The notes below the pieces were generated by a model. It made no database searches, was not told the DNA's origin, and was given only the letters and a program-made list of their open reading frames with translations. This document shows, one piece after another, positions 52,858 through 64,000 of a stretch of 64,000 bases of DNA. A program made the position numbers and the translations under genes. This stretch comes from Trichoplax adhaerens. Taxonomy: Eukaryota; Animalia; Placozoa. Numbering within the stretch: position 1 is the stretch's first letter; each line of letters begins with the position of its first letter. The stretch is from NCBI RefSeq assembly GCF_000150275.1, contig NW_002060948.1, positions 5,768,411-5,832,410 of the forward strand, given 5' to 3'.

Positions 52858-53289
52858 GACTCTATGTCGTTTCTCTTGGGAGTATTGATTGATTGCTGGT
52901 AGACGATGATACGACACTTGCTTGATAATTACCTTTCTTAGCAATTTTCTTCTACCTGTATCAAAATAAACGCGTCCAAGTTGAAAATGATGCTAGCTTT
53001 GGATTGGATCGAAGCTGCATGTCTGCTGTCCAGTGGACAGTACTCGTATCTATTTTATCAAGCTTGATTGGGTACTTACGTCCACACAGCGATGACAGTG
53101 GTTGCTGCTTTTCTACCTCGATCAATTGACTACAGTACAGTATAATCTTGCTCAACGATTACCTCTCATTAAAGCACTAATTCTGTTTTCACAACATTGA
53201 AGTAGGTCGATGATCAGCTATCCTCGATTCAATCTCTAGCTGGTGCGTAGAAACGTCAGTTGGTGCAAATCCAGCGTTACGCTGTCGAG

Positions 53290-54660
53290 ATCGAAGTACC
53301 GTAATTAGGCGGAGTAAGTACTGTAACGCCGTACAGTACTGTACCGTCCATTGTCCAGTCCTGTCCAGTCCAGTACTACCCCAATTCAAGCCCAGTGTGT
53401 CCAGTACAATGTACTGTGCAGTGTCCAGTACAATGTACTGTACGATGTGAGCCAGTTCTCTTTAGAGTGCTATTAGGCAAAATAAATTGTAGTAAAGCAG
53501 CAAAATTTGCCTAAAATTCTATGCATACAGATAGATGAAATTCAGCTTTATATTCGTATAATTCTTGTTACATTTTTATTCTCTCTCGTGATTTTAGGGC
53601 ACCTGAAAGTACAGTACTCTGATTCGAACTGGTTCACACTCTGTACTGTACAGTACAGTACACTGTACAGTACAGTGAGTACACTGGTCGACTACTACTG
53701 TAGAATTATTATCAGACAATCAATGACTGAATGGAAAGCAAACTAAGCAGCCAAAGACAAAAATGTTCGGGACACTATACTGTACGGTATAATAGAATTT
53801 GACAGCCTAATACAGTACTGTATTAGGCCATTTTGCCTGTCCTTAGTGCAGAAGTCATCTTGTAGTGTCTGTCCCCAGTGCAGAAGTCCATGCATAGAGA
53901 CATCCTCATACTGTACAGTGTACACTAGAGAGTCTCTAGTATGTAACTCCAATGCTATGGAATGTAACAACTCTTAATCAGTATTTGCTTATTAAGCTTA
54001 AAAATCCCTTAGTTTTTGAAAAAAATTTCTTCTTAAAGATAGTACTAAGCGTTCGAAGGGTTAAGTTCACTGCTTGATGCTTTTCAAAGTGACAAAATAC
54101 TGTACATTGATATACTGTACACTGTACTGTACACTAGAGACCCTCTACAGTACTGTATGAGAGACGTGACAATCTATTGTTCAAATTGGACACCATGGTT
54201 CTCTCTAGGCCTTATCTTCCCCTCACGACCACACTGTGAATCTCCAAGATAGAGGGTCTGTACTGTACTGTACACTGTACGCTCAGTATACTGTACTGTA
54301 TACTGTAGTACTGCATGGTCTCAACAGTGAGAAAGAATCATGGAGTTGAAGAGTTTTTTTTTCTTGACTTTAGGGAGTTGAGATGTTTTTTTTCTTTACT
54401 GTAGGGAGTTGAAGAGTTTTCTTTCTTAACTATAATCAGAAGACTGTCAACTGTAGCTTTAGTTTATACTGTACACTGTACAGTACATTATTATTATGTA
54501 TTGGTATGATCTGGTATTACAGTACTGGACTCATTTTCAACGGCAGCAAACGTCACCACACACGTACAGTACAGTTCAGGACAAGTACTGGACTGGACTG
54601 TACATGTACAGTACAGTATACTGTATGCACTGTACAGTATACAGTACTGTACTAAAGACT
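53290..54660. promoter_or_regulatory. Intergenic region between divergent genes, densely seeded with ACAGTAC/GTACTGT/TACTGTAC motifs; putative bidirectional promoter
   Basis: Dozens of visible copies in both orientations (e.g. 53331-53345, 53641-53675, 54108-54132, 54258-54310, 54600-54652). Head-to-head ATGs at 52857 (-) and 54764 (+). The regulatory role is inference. Confidence 0.45.
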
Positions 54661-54763
54661 CTGCTGTGCAGAACTCAATACTTACTGGACACAATTGCAC
54701 ATGCGTTCACTCATTCGTCGGATAAGCTTCAGCTAGCAATGAAGACGTAGACAAGAGGAAAAA

Positions 54764-57700
54764 ATGGCTAATTGTCTAACATGCTGTCGATGGATTGTAT
54801 TCTATTTAGTGGCGTTAATACTAGTCTCCAATTTATTTCTATCACACAATAATATCCATAATAAATTGGGCTTAGCCACAGGTAGGTTTGCAATCAATAG
54901 AAAGTAGCATAGCATCATTAAAATGCGATCCAACTTCAAATTCGTCATGTTTATTATCCTCATGGATCATTCATCACCAATAAACTAGTAGCACCATCAT
55001 CGATCTTGTCTTCATTCATCAATCAAATAAATACAATTGGTCAAATCCTATTCTAGTTACACAGTTACACTAGGTTGACCAAGTTAAATCTCTAGTTCTA
55101 AAATAGCCCATCGGTTAGCGTGTTCTACTTGGATGATGGACGAGGGTATCGCCAGTGGAATTCAGGCCTTTTTTATCACTAGGCTACGTGTCACTTTGAT
55201 TGATTGAAAGACATCATATCCCAACATACAGATACTGTATGAATAAATACCTATTCCAATCAGGATCATAGCCATTATTGATCCCCAATTTTTCTTGTTA
55301 GACTATCCCAAAGTCAATGAATACACTTATTAAAATGACACAAGTTATGCTATCATGATGGGAAGAATTGTTCAACTAGGCAGTTGCCTTTTTTCAAGCG
55401 TTTAATTGAATTGGACGATGTTGCATCTGAGTGGTGGTCAACTAGGCTACTTTCCCTATCACTGCAGGTTGCTCCTTGTCTTGTCATACTGAATATAATT
55501 TAATTACATTAAAGTACGAGTGATGCAAGTGAAACTTACTATGGAGCTATTTCCACTACCTCTCTACTGTTTGTTATTCTATGACCATACTTACAAAGTA
55601 GAACAAGTGTAAATAGTAAACACTCAATATTACATGCCACTGTGTTAACTGAAATCAACACATGGATGCTATCCATGCCAGCTTATAGACTCACAGTTGA
55701 ATTCAATCATGATGATAGTGATATCGGCTTAAACTTGACGCTATCCATACTTTAGTAAGCGACTAACCAGATGATACTTCCAACTTTTACAATTGCATAG
55801 GAGTCAGTACACATTGAAATCAAAAACACAAACCTCGTCGGTTTATATTCAATTCGGAGATCTATTCCAAGTATCGAAACAAGATGAAATCATAAAGGAT
55901 ACTGTAGATAGTCGACTAATTGAGAAGACCATAATAGTATTACTTCGTAGTACTGTACTAGTAAGCTACATTGACAGATGCCTACCCCGCTCAGTATCGT
56001 ATCGATCAAGAGAATCCAACTTTCATTCAATACAACTATACACGTAGAAATACTTGTTAGAAATTTGCGCCATCACTATATTGAAAATGTCAAAATACAG
56101 CTGTTACAAAGTAAAGCATACGCATGAAAGGATTAAATTAAAATAGACCGACAAGACATCATGATAGCGTTGCCACTCTTTCCTGAAGCTTGATAAACAA
56201 AAATTTGTACTGAGGAGAAATTGTATCTTTCCTCTGCCAAATTCGTTTTATTCCATTAGTTTAAATTTATGTCATAGCTGAAGTTTTCATCATCTGCAGT
56301 TAAAGCATAAATTGGACTTGTGGAAATTCTTTTATTCATCATGCTCATTCATTACCTTAATGTTGCCTACTCTAAATAAGACCTCGCCAATTCAGCTGTA
56401 CAGTCTTTTACGCCACGTTTTACTGTATTTCATTGAAGCATTGAAGATGGTAACTAAGTATAGGACATAGATCCATTACAATAGGAAGTAACCGTATTTT
56501 TTGCATATAGAATCTCTTGGGCAAGGCCTTGTTTTTATTTCAAATCTATTATTCAAACGCATATTTACTAATTTTTAGGTGAGGTAGTAGTTGCCAATAA
56601 TCATACAGCTGAGAAGGAGGCTAGCGATATAGGCCAGACAAGAAAAGAAGACGAATCAACTGGCAATAATCCAATAAGTAGTAATAAAATAGCAGAAAAC
56701 ACAGAAACTTCCAGTAATAATGATAAATTAGGCAAGGGTGATAGAGAAAAGATGTCATTGAAATTGAAGGAGCTATTTCGCAACGCTAAACTGTCCAAGA
56801 ATATGAACAAACAGTTAGGTCTGGACGAAGATGATAGCGTGAATAAAGACAGAGATAAAACGATGAAAGAGGATAAAAGTAGATATGTTAATAAAGATCC
56901 AGATGGCAATTCTGTTGAAAATAGCCGAGTAGCTGATATTTCTCGACGTTATACCAAAGACCTGCCATCATCATCCAATGATACAACCTCAGTTGATGCT
57001 CAAGGTAATAAAATTTAGTTATGGGTTATCATAAAATGCTATCCAAAGTAGACCCTGTAAATAGCACCTATGTAATGGTTTTAACGCAGTCTGTTAACTG
57101 TGATAAAATGAATGACACATAGTGCAAATTTTAGACCTTAGAACGTCTGTATTGGCTAAAAATACCTTCACCGAAGATTTCTCTAATATTACAACCACAA
57201 CGAATAATGATGACATCAAATCTTTGTTAATCAATCAAAAATTATATTATGTATAGAATGCTACATTAATAATAAGGATGTTAATAAAACTGCCAACTTA
57301 TTTCTATTTCTGCCAATTACCTAGTAATAACTACAACTGATAATACGATGGATAACACGAATAGCTTATCCATTATGCATCAGTCGAAGGAAACCGATCA
57401 AATAGGCAAGTATTCGAAATTGAAGAATACGCTTATAATTAATATAATCAGTCCTTTTTTAACTGCCATATGACAATGGTACAGGCTGGCTTTTGGCTAA
57501 TAGCGTTAATTCTGAATTGACAACTAGTTGAAATTTTTATACTCGTATGATAGTAACTATTTACCTTGTTAACGTTGTCGATATTTTACATTGTAGATAT
57601 CAATGCAACTTTAGTTTCAACAATAGAAGAGTCGACGAAAGATATATCATCTCAGATATCGGATTCTGTTAGTTATTCAGGGGAAGAACGCGATACTAGT

Positions 57701-60700
57701 GAGTATAAACAGAATTACATTTAATAGCATAAGCACAAGCAAATTTCAGCTATCTTCGTTAACGAAATATCGGTAGTCTTGATCGAAAGAATTCACAGTT
57801 CCAAATATCTTACTTTCCACTAATGTATTATAGGCAAAAGTGCCACGTCTACTGGAACTAGTATCGACGATGTATCAAGCACCAAGACTCAAATCAAGGA
57901 TACGAGTAGTCCTGTAGAAGATACTAGCGATACGGGTACGCATACTCTATCAACATGCAGTATTATTTACCAGCAAATTTCGACTATGTTTGTTAACGAA
58001 ATATCGGTAGTCTTGATCGAAAGAATTCACAGTTCCAAATATCTTACACTTCACTAATGTATTATAGGTAAAAGTGCCACGTCTACTAGAGACTAGTATC
58101 GACGATGTATCAAGCACCAAGACTCAAATGGAGGATACGAGTAGTCCTGTAGAAGATACTAGCGATACGGGTACGCATACTCTATCAACATGCAGTGTTA
58201 TTCACTAGCAAATTTCAGCTATCTTTGTTAACGAAATATCAGTAGTCTTGATTGAGAAGATTCACATTTCCAAATAACTAACACTCCACTAATGTATTAT
58301 AGGTAAAAGTGCCACGTCTACTGGGACTAGTATCGGCCATGTATCAAGCACCAACACTCAACTGGAGGATATGAGTAGTCCTGTAGAAGATACTAGCGAT
58401 ACGGGTACGCATACTCTTTCAACATGCAATGTTATTCACCAACAAATTTCGACTATCTTTGTTAACGAAATATCGGTAGTCTTGATCGAAAGAATTCACA
58501 GTTCCAAATATCTTACACTTCACTAATGTATTATAGGTAAAAGTACCACGTCTACTGAGACTAGCATCGGCCATGTATCAAGCACCAACACTCAAATGGA
58601 GGATACGAGTAGTCCTGTAGAAGATACTAGCGATACGGGTACGCATACTCTATCAACATGCAGTATTATTTACCAGCAAATTTCGATTATCTTTGTTAAC
58701 GAAATATCGGTAGTCTTGATCGAAAGAATTCACAGTTCCAAATATCTTACACTCCACTAATGTATTATAGGTAAAAGTGCTACGTCTACTGGGACTAGTA
58801 TCGACGATGTATCAAGCACCAAGACTCAACTGGAGGATATGAGTAGTCCTGTAGAAGATACTAGCGATACGGGTACGCATACTCTATCAACATGCAGTGT
58901 TATTAAAATAAAAATCATTCCCTGAAGTAATGGCCTAATTTTTATAGCTATCATTTTATCGCTTCTATGATTGATTTAGTGTATGATACCCTCCTTTATA
59001 TTACGTGCTCAAAACTTTAAAAATTTGTCTTTACACAGTCAATAATGTACCTATTGAAAAATTAAATAGTGTTTCGCACAAGCAAGTTTTGTAGAGTTTC
59101 CTAATATTATCAAGATGACCTCATGGTTTAACCTACTAAAAGATTTAATTCTTAACCCTATATTTGTTACTGATTTACTCTGTTTTATCTTTAAATTAAA
59201 TAATCATGACTACAACATACTGATTTAAGAAACTTTATAAACATTCATATATTAACTTTTTATTTGAAATTTGCATTTGCGTTCTTGCAATAGTACCATA
59301 TACTTCCCCAAGTCTTCCTGTTACCAAATCTGTTCTGGCTACGGATATATTAAGTCCTTCTAGTGTCAAAACTGATCTGGCTACGGATACCTCAAGTATT
59401 CCAGATGATACTCAAGATGATTCCAAAACCTTCAAAACAGGTATTTTACCGAGGTTATTTTATGATGCATTAGCGCATAACTTCATATAATAGTATTCTT
59501 TGTAATGCCATAACTATTCGTATTTTTATTCGTACAAATCTTGACCTTCGCATTCATGAATGATATGATTAAGATATTTTCACCTAGCCGTTAATAGTTC
59601 TTTGAAATCGCTAGTAGTAAAACTCTTTACAATTGTTCGATTTGTATACTTTGAAACAGTATTAGTAGTGCGTTAGCTTAGCTGTTAAAAGTCAGAATTT
59701 GCACTTGTAATAAACTAAGGAAGAAGTTTCATTTCCGAAAGGATGGTGATAAGTACATATGTGTCATTTTCTTATAGAAGACGCATACAGATGCATACCT
59801 TCAGTCCAGTTATTGAGTTTTTACCCTATGTGTTCTGTAGATAACAGATATAAGAAAGAATTTATATGGTACTGCAGCTAGAATTCGATTTCTATGTTAA
59901 ATTCGTTCACTGTATAATTGATAAATGAGTAAAATCATAGAATCAATTACAGCACATACTACGCCATTTGCATTCCTTCTCTCATACTAACGACTACGGG
60001 AAACCCCACGGCTAGTTACATTTATGTGATTTTTCTCAACTACTATAAATAGCTACACATTTGATTGTATCTGTTTATTCGTAGAAAATACAGAGAATAT
60101 GAGAACACGTGATCGTTCTACGGAAGAAAGACCCACTACTGTCAGCGAAACACTTACGAGTAAAGAGTTTTCTTCGTTAACAACTAGTATATACTATTGA
60201 CGAAATACTGTAATGAATTTTAATGATATTGCTTTCCCTAAATATTATCATTAATTACAGTACGTATCTTCTAGTTATATTTTCAGACAGTACTAATTAT
60301 AAGCAAGAAAGCGATGTAACTGACACTAGCCAAATTATTGATACTATCGAATCAATAGCAGATAAAACGTTTTGGTCAACTGGTATAAGCGATTTTATTA
60401 AGTATCGATTCAGTGACAATTCGTCATTAATTCAGCTTCGATTCCCTAACTGTATTCTTGTTTATACTTGTTACACAAAAAGTAGAAGATACATATAAGA
60501 GTGCGTATTTAAAGGAGGAATTTATTTACGAAGCTCCACCAACAGATTTAGATCATATTACTGCGTCTACAACGAGCGGTATTGCAATAATTTATAATAT
60601 AAGAATAGGTAACTTGTACTCCGCTATCAAATAATTAGTTGTAATTTTACTTTATAGAAATTTCCGAAATTCAACAGAAATCTAGTACTCAAGGTATGTC

Positions 60701-63700
60701 TATTACCAAAACCCAAAGCGAATAAATTATTGGTGCTGCTACACGGTGTACCGTCACGGAATATTAATGCAGTACTGTTTACCAGTCCTTTGAACAATTA
60801 ATGCCGTGTAAAGTTGATCTTTAAACGGAAATATTTTTTTACCCAATTTGATTAGATACCTCGTGGTCCACCACGTCAGAGGATGCAGAAACCACTACTA
60901 CAGAGAATGAAGAAGCTTCGAAACTTACGTTCGTATTTTGTTCATTCTACTTTAAGAACTAATAGTACTATTTACATTTCTCAGTTTCTTACGTAACCTT
61001 GCTTATCACAAAATTTCAGTACAACTGATGATGAACCGTATACAATCACTACATCGCCAGATCTAGAACTTGATAACGTTGTAGCTTCAGCACAAGGTAA
61101 CATTAAGTGACTTCTATCAGTATTTGATCGGTGCTTGTTCGATACCGTTAATGTAATGTTACTTCACGTAGTGAAAATACGCAGAATAACAATTTCAAAT
61201 CGTCTTAGTATGTAAGTAATCAAATCAGTGATGGCTAACTGTTCCGCCCATTCTTATCTAGAAGAGGAAATTGTAAGCACTGAAACTAGAGACATTGCTG
61301 GTTTATCAACTGTAGCTCAAACAAAAGATGCTGCAAGTTCTCCATCGATGGATGAGAGTATACCCCCTACTGTACCTACCAGACAAACGTCGCTGCTTGA
61401 TATGGTAAATTATATACAGCAAATACTATACATTAAATAGGATTGCGGAATGTGTCTGAAATTGGCATATTACATTAAACATCCCAAATATTCAACATTA
61501 CTCGTTAAATTAAAAGATGATTAATTTCTTACAGATATTTACATTGGATAAATCGATCATCCAGCAAGTCAAGAGTTTATCTCAGGTAAATTATTATTTT
61601 AAAATATGCACAGATGCATGTTACTTTTTGTTGAGAATCGCATCACTAGCAGCTACTAATAGTGAATAAGTTAAAGTTTTGGATAGTACAGTAACTATAA
61701 TTGATTGACATAAACTGTTTCCATGAAATATGTACTGTACTACTTAAGTTAAGTCATCACTATCGATTGGTATGCTTTCGGATCTAATTGGTGATTCGAT
61801 TGCAGTCATTTAATTCTGAGAAGAACAGTAAACAGGTAGTAGGATATGGCTGTTCATCATCGACTTGTACACTACGCATAATGTTCTATATGATACTGAC
61901 AGTGCTTATGCTGCACTTAACAGTACATGTGCTTTAGCAAGGAAAATTCTATTATCTGTAGTACTTTGTAATTCGTAATTATGACATAGACATTGATATC
62001 GGAGAGTCATGCACATGATTTGTTGCTTGTAATAAGCTTGTTAGAATCATTCCTAGACAATGAAGATAGCCTAGTTGTCATCGCATTAGGCCAAATGTTA
62101 TGTCATCCATGATTATGACCGCATGCATCCGTTGAGTGAAGACGAAGCACATGATTGATAGTGTTGGGATCCAGATGTGCAGGGGCGTATAACTACCCTA
62201 ACATGTAGTATAGGGTGCATATCGCTATCTCAATTCATTTTTGCTCTGTAGAAGACTGAATTACTGTCAGCATCATGTTGTAAGCTAATTTAAACCCCGA
62301 AACGTTTAATCGTACGAACCTTCGAGGTAATACAGGGTCAGGTCTAAATACAGCACAATGGGAAAATGGAAAATAAATGGACAATCCAGATTGGTACTAT
62401 TTCTAAATTTCCAAATCTAAAGTAGATACACATTACGAAATAGATGGACTCTATGCCTAATTTACTAATGGAAGTTCCAACGCCTGTCTCTTAAACTGTA
62501 GCTAAAGCCTTCTAAATAAACCAAATAATTAATTTCATCGAATAAATAAACTAGAAAAGTCTCCCAACGGTGACCCATTTCATGCTACGGTACGGTACAG
62601 TCTTTTTCTTCACAGTGCATGTACTGTGCACTGAGCATGAATGAAAAGTGGGAAACAGATGTAGGCATGCGCAAGAGCAACAAGATCAATTCGTTGTCCC
62701 ATCTACTCTTTGTTCATGCAGTATGGCAGCGATTGTCTTGAATTGTAGTAGCCATCGCTGATTTGACTGTGAATAACGCTTTAATTTATCGAGCTCTTAA
62801 TTGATTAATTGGATAGCCAGAAGTAGATTATCTCGTTTAGGCGTAGCTTTTGTTGACGCTGTATGATTCTCTCCATCATAGCAATAAACGCAGTCCAGCA
62901 TAGTTAGATCCAAATTGTCTACTAGCCGTCCTATTTGCAGCTACAACTAGATCATTTGTGTAGAGTTTCGACAGTGATAGCTTCAGAAGTAAAGAAGTAG
63001 CGATCTATATGCCAAGTAATTGGTGCAGTTCAAGTAGGCATTTTTCTTATACTGAATGTGTAATTATAAATAGCTACTTTAAATCACCAACGCATTATAG
63101 CTTTTTATCCTACACTGACGGGTGACTACCGATAGATCTTTTTATGACAGCACGTCTCAACTATCCTAGATACGTAAGCAATATTAGACAAACGTATGAA
63201 TTGACTTACAGGTTATAGAGATCATCGTTTATATACTTGATGATATACTGTACTACAGCTTTCATTGGCCATTGAGTCATTGACTACGTTTTTGTGTGAT
63301 TTTGTCGATGTTTTATGAATTATGAGTAAAGTATGTTGTTTTGTTTGCGTTGAAACGCAAGCTTTTTTTTTGGTTCAATCGTACATTACATAGATTGACT
63401 AAATTAAATAGATTACACAATGTTGTAGTTGATACGTTAGGTTTACGAATTTTATTTTGAGATGATTATTTTCATCGAATCGAATAATATGAAAGCCACA
63501 TGTTAACGATGATGCGCTAGCACTAACTTATAGTTAACAACAGCTCCTTGCCATTATTTTAATTGCGATATCTGAGTCATGTAGTGTACTATAAGTGTAA
63601 TTATAGTTATCAGACTAGTATACTGTGTAAGAATGGATCTTCCTAGCTAACTAGCATACTTATAATTATGTGAATAAGCTGTATTAAATTAACGTGTACT

Positions 63701-63875
63701 ACCTTTTTTGACTAAAATTTCTAGATGGAAGCTTTCGCTGACATTTTGCAAACTTTGCCGCCAGGATCTATCATTGCAGCCATAGTTAGCTTATTTACTG
63801 CAATGCTAATATTATGCGGATGCTGCCCTTCAGGACCTGTCGATAGATCGAAGGAAATAGAAACTCTTCAAGCTC
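54764..63875 (+). CDS. Ser/Thr/Asp/Glu-rich mucin-like single-pass membrane protein, 3'-incomplete; exons include 54764-54881, 56579-57004, 57325-57405, 57597-57698, repeat exons 57834-58872, 59294-59440, 60085-60159, 60287-60382, 60486-60578, 60658-60693, 60856-60928, 61020-61095, 61262-61404, 61535-61585, 63725-63875
   Basis: N-terminal hydrophobic segment (MANCLTCCRWIVFYLVALILVSNLFL) and a chain of phase-compatible low-complexity exons. TM exon ...ILQTLPPGSIIAAIVSLFTAMLILCGCC..., then donor GTAAGT at 63876. The exact exon set is uncertain. Confidence 0.65.
57737..58902 (+). repeat. Five tandem 234-bp units, each a 102-nt phase-1 exon (GKSATSTGTSIDDVSSTKTQxEDTSSPVEDTSDT) plus a 132-nt intron
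   Basis: Exons at 57834-57935, 58068-58170 (103 nt), 58303-58404, 58537-58638 and 58771-58872, each flanked by TATTATAG| and |GTACGC. Introns are nearly identical. Confidence 0.95.
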
Positions 63876-64000
63876 GTAAGTGATAATGGAGACATCCTTA
63901 TAATTATCTTCGTATACTAGTTATAAAATTAAAAGATTCCGATATTAACTGAACTAAACTGTATGTTGATTAGTGAATGATAAACTGAACTCGAAAGTGG

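Noticed and set aside
53189-54750. Several short Tyr/Cys/Thr/Val-rich ORFs
   Set aside because: By-products of the ACAGTAC motif field, with no splice or homology support.
56601-56909. 102-aa hydrophobic minus-strand ORF
   Set aside because: Antisense of a purine-rich Lys/Glu/Asp exon; the Leu/Ser/Phe richness is a strand artefact.
57737-58902. CRISPR-like repeat array
   Set aside because: Whole 234-bp units repeat with no unique spacers. The units are spliceosomal exon+intron cassettes in a eukaryotic gene and no cas genes are present.

Overview
AT-rich, intron-dense eukaryotic DNA with one 50-N gap (17778-17827). The compact introns and metazoan gene content resemble an early-branching animal such as a placozoan; this is an inference and unconfirmed. 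(1) 0.8-33.2 kb: a tandem, same-strand cluster of highly diverged four-transmembrane MS4A/CD20-like genes with a shared 4-exon, phase-0 architecture. It holds three intact genes, one with a C-terminal frameshift, two probable pseudogenes and a possible exon-1 relic, interspersed with non-autonomous Helitron copies. (2) 35.8-46.8 kb: a complete 19-exon nidogen/entactin gene (NIDO-EGF-G2F-8xEGF-YWTD propeller-truncated EGF, about 1176 aa). (3) 50.9-52.9 kb, minus strand: RTRAF/C14orf166. (4) 54.8 kb to the window end: a divergently transcribed, Ser/Thr/acidic mucin-like single-pass membrane protein gene containing five 234-bp exon+intron tandem units. All exon coordinates were derived by manual reading of splice sites and frames.
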